The notes beneath the pieces were generated by a model, which was not told the origin of the DNA, did not search any database, and saw only the letters and a list, made by a program, of their open reading frames with translations. Source: an uncultured Eggerthellaceae bacterium (GTDB lineage Bacteria; Actinomycetota; Coriobacteriia; Coriobacteriales; Eggerthellaceae). Taken from it: DNA of 64,000 bases. Below, in pieces: positions 18,818 through 27,153 of this stretch. Each line of letters begins with the position of its first letter. Positions within the stretch are counted from its first letter, which is position 1. The stretch covers positions 61,974 through 125,973 of the forward strand of contig CAZFGW010000002.1 of assembly GCA_964518575.1 (NCBI GenBank), given 5' to 3'. The translations under genes were made by a program, and so were the position numbers.

Positions 18818-20563
18818 ATGGCACCAAGTGAACACGAACGGGACAATCAATTGAGCGATCAACCTCGATCGCACGGCGGTGTGCACTCGCGTGAAGCCGA
18901 CCTTCGGGAGAGAACTACGGATAAGCGCGAAGCGCTCGTGAGAAGAAAATACTCGTCTGCCGGGCAAAAGAAACAAAGAAAATCCTTCAATCACGCTGCC
19001 GATCCCGTGCCTGAGAAACCTCATAAGCAGAATTTCATCGCGAAGCTTGCCAACGACTGGTTTGACCGGGTCATGGGAGCGATGAAGGGCGACGGACTGT
19101 CAGCGGCAGAAGCGCATTATGCACCCCATCGGACCACGCGCGACTTCCTCTGGAATACGGCGGGTGCGGCGCTGTGGGCATTCGTTTTCCCGATCGTCAC
19201 CATGGTTTCCACACAGATTGTCGGGGTGGAGGAAGCGGGACGCATCTCCATGGCGTTCGTGATCGGGCTTTTGCTGATGTTCCTCGGTAACTTCGGCGTG
19301 AGAACCTATCAGGTGTCCGACGTGAATGAAGAGCATTCGTTTTTGGATTACCAGGCGAACCGCTGGGTCACTTGCCTCTTGATGCTGGTCGCTGGATGGC
19401 TCTATTGCGCCCTGCGCGGATATGATTCGCAGATGTTCAACATCACGATGGCGGTCGTTGCCTATAAATTCGTCGATGCGCTCGCCGATGTGTATGAGGG
19501 GCGGCTCCAACAACAGGACAAGCTCTATCTTGCCGGAATCTCCCAATCCATCCGTTCCGCACTTGCGCTCGTGGTGTTCTCTGTGGTCCTCTTCGTGACC
19601 CGCGACGCCCAAATCGCTTGTTTCGCCATGTTCATCGCTGCGCTTGCTACGTTTATTGTGATCACCTGGCCGCTTACGCTTCTTGAGACGAAAAAGACGA
19701 CCAAGTTCAGCTTCCCCAGCTTTATGAAGCTTTTCAAAATGGCGGCGCCACTGTTCATCGCCATCTTCTTCTTCAATGTGATTGAGAATATGCCGAAGTT
19801 CATCATGGAAGGCGAGCTGCCCTACGACAACCAGCTGTATTACAACGCACTGTATTTCCCCGCGCAGATGATCCTGATCGTGGCGCAGCTCGTGTACAAA
19901 CCGCTTTTGGTGCGTATGGCGGGCGTGTGGCAGGATACGAGCAAGCGGCGCAGGTTCGACCTGATCATGGTGGGCATCCTGCTCGTTATTGTTGTGATCA
20001 CTGCTATCGTGTGGGCTATTATGGCGTGGATCGGCATTCCGGTGCTCAATTTCCTCTACGGCGTCGATTTCGCACCGTATCGCGGGCTGCTTTATCTCAT
20101 GCTCATCACAGGTGGCATCACCGCGGCTATCGATTTCCTCTACCAGTTGATCACCATCATGCGCCGGCAGAAGGACGTCACGGTTCTGTTCGTCATGACA
20201 TTCATCTTTTCGCTCTTCATACCGTTTTTGTTGATCAGTTACGCTCAGCTCGAAGGAGCAGTGCTCAGCTATGTGATCATCGAGGCAATTCTGTTCATCC
20301 TTCTTGCGTGGGACTACTTCAAGATCAGGCGCGATTTGTCGAAGGCGCATGCGCGGGTTGATGAGGAAGAGGAGCCTGAGCTCGCTCGACCCAGCTTTGC
20401 TGCCTTGATCGACCCTGCTGATCCGGAGATGTCCGAAGTCGAGACGGTTGATGAGGAGGAACAGCAACCGCGCAAACTTCGCCCGAGTGAGATCCGGGCG
20501 CGTCGCGAACATCGCGAGGAAGTGATGCGGCGGCGGACCAGGAAAGACCGGCATAAGGAGTAA
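18818..20563 (+). CDS. MOP-superfamily (Wzx/MurJ-like) flippase-like membrane protein with charged N- and C-terminal extensions
   Basis: 581-aa ORF with about 12-14 TM segments. The N-terminal pattern is RDFLWNTAGAALWAF...VGVEEAGRISMAF. The start codon is uncertain. Confidence 0.5.
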   Translation: MAPSEHERDNQLSDQPRSHGGVHSREADLRERTTDKREALVRRKYSSAGQKKQRKSFNHAADPVPEKPHKQNFIAKLANDWFDRVMGAMKGDGLSAAEAHYAPHRTTRDFLWNTAGAALWAFVFPIVTMVSTQIVGVEEAGRISMAFVIGLLLMFLGNFGVRTYQVSDVNEEHSFLDYQANRWVTCLLMLVAGWLYCALRGYDSQMFNITMAVVAYKFVDALADVYEGRLQQQDKLYLAGISQSIRSALALVVFSVVLFVTRDAQIACFAMFIAALATFIVITWPLTLLETKKTTKFSFPSFMKLFKMAAPLFIAIFFFNVIENMPKFIMEGELPYDNQLYYNALYFPAQMILIVAQLVYKPLLVRMAGVWQDTSKRRRFDLIMVGILLVIVVITAIVWAIMAWIGIPVLNFLYGVDFAPYRGLLYLMLITGGITAAIDFLYQLITIMRRQKDVTVLFVMTFIFSLFIPFLLISYAQLEGAVLSYVIIEAILFILLAWDYFKIRRDLSKAHARVDEEEEPELARPSFAALIDPADPEMSEVETVDEEEQQPRKLRPSEIRARREHREEVMRRRTRKDRHKE

Positions 20564-20661
20564 GTGCGCTCTTTCGCGATGTACGTCCGTACGGAACGCG
20601 CATGATTGTGGGGGGATGTACGGGACGGAATCTGTGCTCGGTCGCCTTTTTGAACGAATGG

Positions 20662-21405
20662 TCAGCAGAACAAGAACATCTGCGAAAAGTACGAACAGCA
20701 TGAGGGACCGAGGCAAATACAGCAGCAGAGCCAATTCGGATCCAGCACACCTGAAGAGAACCCGTGCTGTTTGGTTTGTTCCTGATATACCTCGGCGCGC
20801 CTGTTGAACTGGGTCTGCGCGCGCAGGTAGTCCTGATTGTTGGGGTCCATCTGGCGGGCGCGGCGGATGTTGTCATGTGCCGCCACCGTGTTGCCCACGC
20901 CGTTGTTCGCGATTGCGAAGAGGTAGTGCCAACGGGCATTATGTCGATTTTCAGGAATGCTTGTAAGCACGTTGATCGCCTGCTGGTATGCCCGTGCATT
21001 GATACATGAAATGGCGCGCAGCACCTCTTGGCTATCGGATACGGATGCCTCGGGATGGATGGCATCGTGTACGTTCCATCCTCCGTTGAAGAAGTCATCG
21101 AAATCGATCGTGGTCCACACATATGGTCCGCTCCCACCTGACGCTCCGGTATGAGGATTGCCGTAGCCCGTCGTGGTGAAGGGGCTTTGCTGGGCGCGTT
21201 TGCGCGCATCCGCCGCGCGGTATTTCTCGGGATTCATGATGCGGTCATACGCTTCATTGATCTCGTTCATGCGCTCGGCCGCATGTTCGTCATCCGGATT
21301 GAGGTCGGGATGGTTTTCGCGCGCCTTCTTGCGATAAGCCTTCTTCACCTCATCCGACGAAGCGTCTTTAGAGACACCAAGTATGTCGTAGGGGCTCTTA
21401 TTCAT
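20662..21405 (-). CDS. J-domain protein with a TPR-like middle region and a C-terminal cysteine string
   Basis: 247-aa ORF. J domain: YDILGV...KKAYRKKARENHPD. The last 22 aa, LCCCICLGPSCCSYFSQMFLFC, contain 7 Cys. The start overlaps the upstream gene stop (ATGA). Confidence 0.8.
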   Translation of the reverse strand: MNKSPYDILGVSKDASSDEVKKAYRKKARENHPDLNPDDEHAAERMNEINEAYDRIMNPEKYRAADARKRAQQSPFTTTGYGNPHTGASGGSGPYVWTTIDFDDFFNGGWNVHDAIHPEASVSDSQEVLRAISCINARAYQQAINVLTSIPENRHNARWHYLFAIANNGVGNTVAAHDNIRRARQMDPNNQDYLRAQTQFNRRAEVYQEQTKQHGFSSGVLDPNWLCCCICLGPSCCSYFSQMFLFC

Positions 21406-22250
21406 AGATGCGACCTTGTCGTGTCCGTCTCCGTTTTCTTCTTTGCCTGTTCACGCCGCGAGAGGTATTTCTGCCAAATGCCCGCGTAGATGACGCTTCT
21501 TAAGAGATGGAGATCCTGCTCTAGGGGAAGTTTCTCGAACGCTTGCGCGACATGTCCGGCAATTTCTTCAAGCGTGATCTGCATCTCATCCGGTGAAGCG
21601 TCTATCTTAACAAAGGGATTGTATGAGCCGCTTGCCCGATCGTCGTCGAGGTCGATCGCGGCGTCCATCAGATAGATCAGCCGCCCGGTATGGTAGCCGA
21701 ACGCATCCAGATACGATGCCCACGGACTCTGCTCGAAGGCGAAGATCAAAGCCATGAGACGCCCGAAGGTGTTCGCGGTGGCGTCGGGAGAAGAGGAAGG
21801 GTCAGCTTCAAGGGCGCGGATGGTGCCGAGGTGCTCTTCGATTGCATTGCACAGAACCGGTTTGCGCTCCTTTGCTGCTTCATACGCTCGGTGAAGCCCT
21901 CGTTGCGCGATGCGCGGTGCAAGCGTATGGTCATCATGGATGTCGTCGAGGCATTTGTGGTACGCCAAAGCGACGCAGAGGTCGGCCGCATCGTAGGAGT
22001 ACGGCGTAGTCGTATAGGGGACACGCTTTGTCGGATGTGCAAGACAACGGGCGCATCCCGTGGTCTCGTCTGGCTCGGTAAGCGAACTCATCAGAAGAAT
22101 GAAGAAGGTGAGATCATAGTTGAGCGTCATGCGGGGAATTTGTCCATAACGGGTTTTTAGAGCATGGCACAGTCCGCAATAGAGGCTTTGGTAGCGCGCC
22201 TGTTCCTTATCGCTTATCTGCGCGAGGCTTGCAAGAGCTATTCCGAACAT
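21402..22250 (-). CDS. DUF5685-like protein (CxxC...CxxC plus two Asp-rich motifs)
   Basis: 282-aa ORF with CGLC (aa 24-27), CARC (aa 66-69), LDDIHDD (aa 101-107) and IDLDDDRASGSYNPF (aa 199-213). It is translationally coupled to the J-protein gene. Confidence 0.62.
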   Translation of the reverse strand: MFGIALASLAQISDKEQARYQSLYCGLCHALKTRYGQIPRMTLNYDLTFFILLMSSLTEPDETTGCARCLAHPTKRVPYTTTPYSYDAADLCVALAYHKCLDDIHDDHTLAPRIAQRGLHRAYEAAKERKPVLCNAIEEHLGTIRALEADPSSSPDATANTFGRLMALIFAFEQSPWASYLDAFGYHTGRLIYLMDAAIDLDDDRASGSYNPFVKIDASPDEMQITLEEIAGHVAQAFEKLPLEQDLHLLRSVIYAGIWQKYLSRREQAKKKTETDTTRSHL

Positions 22251-22652
22251 CTGCTCACCTGTCTTTTAAGCTCAGATTGTCCCATCCAATCATGGTTCCG
22301 TTAGTGCGATCAAGGCGGGGAGGAGACAGAGGCAATGTTGCCATTTGCTTTCCTGCTCGCCATCGCATGGGCACAACTGTATCTTATGCATATCTGTCCT
22401 CTGCGTCACGTCGCTGGGCGTTTCCGGTTTGGCGAATTTCTTGATCACGAAATTCGGTCAGGCGACCTTTATTGGTTGTGGTGACCCCCGTGAACGTATC
22501 CGGTCCCGCCGCTGGTTCAGGGAACGATTTTGAAAACGATGGGCATGCGCGCCGATTGCGGGTAATTCGTGAGGTATGTTCTCAATATGATGAAATGATG
22601 CATAAAATGGTATAGCCTTTACACGGAAAAATATGGAGGGAAGGAACGCGAA

Positions 22653-23588
22653 ATGGCAGAGGCGCATCCCGCGAACACAACGGAAAAGGTTGTGCAGGTA
22701 CACGTAGAAGATCCGCAGGAGGCATCGAGGATACCCGGCACTTCGGTTGCGGTGATGATATTCATTTTGCTCGTGGCATTCGCGTGCACCGGTTTCTCCA
22801 TCATGTTCAATATCCTTGACGCGAAAAAGGCGCCAGCGATTCCTGAAAAGACCGAGTCGACTGATTTCATCGTGGTCGCTACGCTGCCCGAAGGGGTGGC
22901 GGCGCGCGTCAATACCGTTGATATTCCCGAGTCCACCATTACCGCCTATATTGAGAAGATGCGCCATGCAATGGATCTCGAAGACGATGAGGCGTGGTCG
23001 GAGTGGCTCATGGAGCAGGACTATTCGATGGATAGCCTGCGCGATACCATCATTTTGTATTACATCAACCTTGAGATCGTCGATCAGGCGGCAGCCATTT
23101 TGGATATCACGGTCACTGAGGATGATATCCAAAAACAGCTCGACGCCTATGTTGAGAAAATGGGCGGCTGGGACAATGTGAACGCCGACCTTGCAGCTGA
23201 CGGGCGTGATTTCGATCATCTGCATCGTTGGGCGAAAAGCGCCGCTCAGCAGGAAGCTATCAAGATGAAGCTCAATGGCGCAAATATCACCGGTCCGGAA
23301 TTCGACGAGGTGGTGCTCGTGAGCATTAAGAAGTCCTTCCCGGAGTTTGCCGATGCCGAGTCGCTCGATGACATCGATCCCGCCGTGGTCGAAGAGTCGC
23401 GTACCTACATCATCGAACTCACCAACGCCCAGGCATTCAATGAGTTCATCAGCAAGTTCCAGGACGAGTCTGTGATCGAGCGGTCGAAGCGCCCCTCGGA
23501 TCTCTCATACGAGTCTGATGTCGATATGCGTCGTTTCCTCAAGACGTTCGAGGATATCTTCGCCCAGAACATGGAGAAGGATTCGTAG
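22653..23588 (+). CDS. Membrane-anchored SurA-N/PrsA-like chaperone-like protein (no PPIase domain seen)
   Basis: 311-aa ORF with RBS GGAGGGAAGGA. One N-terminal TM segment, then an acidic helical domain. The family call is tentative. Confidence 0.45.
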   Translation: MAEAHPANTTEKVVQVHVEDPQEASRIPGTSVAVMIFILLVAFACTGFSIMFNILDAKKAPAIPEKTESTDFIVVATLPEGVAARVNTVDIPESTITAYIEKMRHAMDLEDDEAWSEWLMEQDYSMDSLRDTIILYYINLEIVDQAAAILDITVTEDDIQKQLDAYVEKMGGWDNVNADLAADGRDFDHLHRWAKSAAQQEAIKMKLNGANITGPEFDEVVLVSIKKSFPEFADAESLDDIDPAVVEESRTYIIELTNAQAFNEFISKFQDESVIERSKRPSDLSYESDVDMRRFLKTFEDIFAQNMEKDS

Positions 23589-23615
23589 GTTCATAATCGG
23601 GAAAACGAATCAGGT

Positions 23616-23651
23616 GGATGTTGGGGCGAGATTCATCTCGCCCCAACATCC
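23616..23651 (+). repeat. Palindromic repeat, copy 5 (longest, perfect 16-bp stem); likely terminator or 3' stabiliser
   Basis: GGATGTTGGGGCGAGA-TTCA-TCTCGCCCCAACATCC. It lies 28 nt after the stop at 23588. Confidence 0.85.
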
Positions 23652-23797
23652 ATACCTAACCTTTTCCATATCTGAATCATCTTCGACCACGATTGTTTCG
23701 TCGCGATATCTCCCCCCAACCACCTCATACACATGTATCGGGGCAACGCATGGGGGTCGCGGCTGAAACAAATGTGATACATCTCACGCTTGGCATA

Positions 23798-23825
23798 TTG
23801 ACATGCTCGTCGCGCGCGATAGAAT
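23798..23825 (+). promoter_or_regulatory. Sigma-70-like promoter upstream of htpG
   Basis: TTGACA (23798-23803), a 16-nt spacer, then TAGAAT (23820-23825). Confidence 0.6.
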
Positions 23826-23830
23826 GCGCA

Positions 23831-23857
23831 TTAGCACTCAAAGACCGAGACTGCTAA
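23831..23857 (+). promoter_or_regulatory. CIRCE operator (HrcA binding site)
   Basis: TTAGCACTC-N9-GACTGCTAA versus the consensus TTAGCACTC-N9-GAGTGCTAA, one mismatch. It starts 6 nt after the -10 box. Confidence 0.8.
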
Positions 23858-23867
23858 TTTTCTGTGA

Positions 23868-23890
23868 CGCCTTCGGGAAGGCGCTTTTTT
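23868..23890 (+). terminator. Terminator-like hairpin inside the htpG leader
   Basis: CGCCTT-CGGG-AAGGCG followed by C and TTTTTT. It is located between CIRCE and the htpG start codon. Confidence 0.45.
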
Positions 23891-23951
23891 ATGAGCGCAT
23901 GACCCCGAATCCATGAAAATCCAGTCTCGCAGCGAAGACGAAAGGGACGAT

Positions 23952-25946
23952 ATGCGAAAGTTCAAAACAGAGAGCAAAAAGCTGTTGGATCTGATGATCA
24001 ACTCGATCTACACGAACCGTGAGATCTTTCTGCGTGAGTTGATATCGAACGCATCGGATGCGGTAGACAAGCTGTATTTCCGAAGCCTCGTGGACGAGAG
24101 CGTGCAGATCAATCGCGCAGATTTGCGTATCAGCGTTGCCTTCGACGAAGAGGCGCGCACGATCACCGTTTCCGACAACGGTATCGGAATGAGCAAGGAT
24201 GACCTTGACAAGAATCTGGGTACGATCGCCCATTCCGATTCATTCGAATTCAAGGCGGACCAGCAGGCGAAATCCGCTCTTGACAAGCCTGGTCTGGACG
24301 ACGTGGATGTTGACGCTCCTTTGGCAGCGGATGTTGATATCATCGGTCAATTCGGCGTCGGCTTCTATTCCGCATTCATGGTGGGCGACCACGTTACCGT
24401 TGTCTCGCGTGCCTATGGCGCGGACGAGGCATGGAAATGGGAGTCGGACGGCATCGACGGCTATGAGATCAAAGAGGCATCGCGCGACGATCACGGAACG
24501 GATGTCATCGTGCACCTCAAGCCGGACACCGCCGATGAGGACTACAGCCACTATGCCACCGAGCAGGGGCTGACCGAGCTCATCAAGCGCTACAGCAATT
24601 ATGTTCGCTATCCCATCCAGATGGAAGTCGTCAAAAGCCGCATGAAGCCGAAGCCGGAGGATGCGGGCGACGACTACAAACCCGAGTTCGAGAACTACAC
24701 GGAGATCGAAACGATCAATTCGATGATCCCCATCTGGAAGCGCAAGAAAAGCGAGGTCTCCGAGGAGGAGTACAACGAGTTTTATAAGACTGACTTCCAC
24801 GATTTCGACGATCCGCTGCGTACGATCAGTCTGCATGCGGAAGGCGCGCTCACCTATGATGCGCTCATGTTCATCCCGAAACATGCGCCCTACGATATGT
24901 GGTCGAAGGATTACAAGAAGGGGCTCGCGCTCTACAGCTCGGGCGTTCTTATCATGGATAAGTGCGAAGAGCTCGTTGCGGATTACTTTAACTTCATGCG
25001 CGGCGTGGTTGATTCCGCCGACCTCACGCTGAACATCTCGCGCGAGACCTTGCAGCACAACGGTCAGCTGCGCGCGATCGCACGACGCCTGGAGAAGAAG
25101 ATAAAAAGCGAGCTCGCTTCATTGCGCGACAACGACCGTGAGGCGTATGAGGCGTTCTTCAAGGAATTCGGACGCACGCTCAAATACGGCATCTACTCGA
25201 CCTATGGCATGGCGCGCGACGTGCTGGGCGACCTGCTTCTGTTCTACTCGGCGAAAGAGAAGAAGATGATTACGCTTGACGAGTACATCGCTGCTGCGCC
25301 CGAGGATGCCGAAGCCATCTATTTCGCGGCGGGAGACTCATATGAGCGCCTTGCCGCTATGCCGATCGTGACCACGGTCCTCGCGAAAGGCTACGACGTG
25401 CTTTTGTGCAATGAGAACGTGGACGAGTTCTGCATGCTCGCGCTCGGGAATTACACGAGCTCAACGGGCGATGATGACGAAGGCACCTCCAAGACGTGGA
25501 CCATCAAGAACGTCGGCAGTGAGGACTTGGGACTTACGACCGAGGAGGAGAAGGAGCAGGCGGATAAGGCGACCGAAGAGAACGCCGGTCTGTTCGAGAT
25601 CATGAAGGATTGCTTGGCGAACAAGGTCAAGAAGGTGGTCGTCTCGACGCGTCTGACCGATGCACCGGTCGTTTTGACAACCGAAGGTGCCGTTTCGCTC
25701 AAGATGGCTCATCTGCTCAAGGAGCAACCGGGTGACGACGAGGGGCTTCCTGAAGCTCAGATCGTTATGGAAGTGAACATCAAGCACCCGGTGTTCGAGG
25801 TGCTGAAGCAGGCGTACAAAGACGGGTCATCGCAGCGCGTGGAGGACTACACCCACATCCTCTTCGATCAGGCATTGCTCGTCGAAGGGCTGCCGATCGA
25901 CGATCCGCTCGGCTTCTCTGAACGCATCACGAAGCTCATGCATTGA
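23952..25946 (+). CDS. htpG: Hsp90-family chaperone HtpG
   Basis: I chose the ATG at 23952 after AAAGGGA; the track start 23913 adds 13 aa. Motifs present: FLRELISNASDAVDK, GQFGVGFYS. Confidence 0.93.
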   Translation: MRKFKTESKKLLDLMINSIYTNREIFLRELISNASDAVDKLYFRSLVDESVQINRADLRISVAFDEEARTITVSDNGIGMSKDDLDKNLGTIAHSDSFEFKADQQAKSALDKPGLDDVDVDAPLAADVDIIGQFGVGFYSAFMVGDHVTVVSRAYGADEAWKWESDGIDGYEIKEASRDDHGTDVIVHLKPDTADEDYSHYATEQGLTELIKRYSNYVRYPIQMEVVKSRMKPKPEDAGDDYKPEFENYTEIETINSMIPIWKRKKSEVSEEEYNEFYKTDFHDFDDPLRTISLHAEGALTYDALMFIPKHAPYDMWSKDYKKGLALYSSGVLIMDKCEELVADYFNFMRGVVDSADLTLNISRETLQHNGQLRAIARRLEKKIKSELASLRDNDREAYEAFFKEFGRTLKYGIYSTYGMARDVLGDLLLFYSAKEKKMITLDEYIAAAPEDAEAIYFAAGDSYERLAAMPIVTTVLAKGYDVLLCNENVDEFCMLALGNYTSSTGDDDEGTSKTWTIKNVGSEDLGLTTEEEKEQADKATEENAGLFEIMKDCLANKVKKVVVSTRLTDAPVVLTTEGAVSLKMAHLLKEQPGDDEGLPEAQIVMEVNIKHPVFEVLKQAYKDGSSQRVEDYTHILFDQALLVEGLPIDDPLGFSERITKLMH

Positions 25947-25983
25947 TAGTCTTTCGCAAGAGCTCATACAGCAATCGGGTCGG

Positions 25984-26011
25984 GGGCGCTCCACACGGGG
26001 CGCCCTTTTTT
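25984..26011 (+). terminator. Rho-independent terminator after htpG
   Basis: GGGCGC...GCGCCC stem followed by TTTTTT. It lies 38 nt after the stop. Confidence 0.75.
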
Positions 26012-26082
26012 GTGCCAGTCAAGCGGGCGGAAGCACGCAAGCGCAGCTGAGCGCGCACGATCGTGCAACTGCGCAGGCAACC

Positions 26083-26973
26083 CTACGCTTCGGTGACTTC
26101 CTCGGCGGTATCGATATGCCCGCGCGGGTCCAAAAGACCGTTCGGCATCACACGCACTTCAGAGTATTTCATCTGTTCGAGCGCATCGGCGCATCGCCAG
26201 GGTGGGGTGTTGCCGTCGAAGGGCGCGCAGTAGTTCGCCGCCTCGATAAGCGTGATGTTGTGGTGCAAATCCGCCATGGTGTCGACATCGGGAATCGGGG
26301 GTAGAAGTATTGCCGCGAGATGCGCCGCCTTCGCCTTCCTGATATATGCGGGCAAAACGGTGAGCCCTGTTTCATTGTAGTAGATACCTGTGTGGTCGAA
26401 TGCGGTCTCCTTGTTCCAGCCAATCATGCTGACACCCATCTCTTGGTCGGGCGCGAGCACGATGCCGGGCTCTTCGCGCTCATCAAGGTCATGGAGCGCC
26501 TCAAAGCCGCGCACGATATCGTATACGCTGAGCGCGGGCATATCGGCGCCCAGCGAGAGAATGGCATCAGCCCCTCTTGCCCAGGCGTCGTTGAAGGCTT
26601 GGTTGTAGTGCGCATCGAAGCTCTCGCCCTCATCGAAGGCGAATGTGATGGGGCGCGGCCACGTTCCTGACACGGCGTAGAGCTCTTCCATCTTCGCCAT
26701 GTTCTCAAAAGGCGTGGTGGAGATGACAAGCTCGTAGGTGTCGTGAACCTCTTGTGCGCGCTTATCAGAAGCATCCCGCTGCGCATCCTTTTCCTCGAGC
26801 AGGTCGAATGCCGCCATGCAGATCTCGGTGACGTCGAAGAGCATGCAGTGGTACAGCGCACTTGCGACTTCGGGGGCGAAAATGCCGTCTTTGAGCGTGG
26901 TGAGCCGCGTCTTCACCAGCCCCGCTTCGGGCAGCTTACTGAAAAGCAGCAAGACGTTTTTCCTTTCACGCAT
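26083..26973 (-). CDS. DUF2064-like nucleotidyl/glycosyl-transferase-fold protein
   Basis: 296-aa ORF. The N-terminus VLLLFSKLPEAGLVKTRL is typical of that family (from memory). It is divergent from the activase cluster. Confidence 0.6.
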   Translation of the reverse strand: MRERKNVLLLFSKLPEAGLVKTRLTTLKDGIFAPEVASALYHCMLFDVTEICMAAFDLLEEKDAQRDASDKRAQEVHDTYELVISTTPFENMAKMEELYAVSGTWPRPITFAFDEGESFDAHYNQAFNDAWARGADAILSLGADMPALSVYDIVRGFEALHDLDEREEPGIVLAPDQEMGVSMIGWNKETAFDHTGIYYNETGLTVLPAYIRKAKAAHLAAILLPPIPDVDTMADLHHNITLIEAANYCAPFDGNTPPWRCADALEQMKYSEVRVMPNGLLDPRGHIDTAEEVTEA

Positions 26974-27153
26974 AATGCGCTCCTTTGCTGGCGTTCTCGC
27001 ACAGAATCGGTTTCATTTTTTGACTATACTAGCAGCTTTGAAGCATGCATCGCGCTACCGAGATGAGTAACGTCGGCAAAACAAGCGCGGCGCTCCCACG
27101 TGCGTATGCCAAGTGCATGCAATGATGAAATACCTGCAGAGAGGAGGGGGATC

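Noticed and set aside
19100-20734. 544-aa minus-strand ORF covering almost the whole flippase-like gene.
   Set aside because: It lies antisense to a well-formed multi-TM gene. Its product is Arg/His/Asp/Glu-rich with no domain or TM logic, and I saw no RBS. This is a typical shadow ORF of GC-rich DNA.
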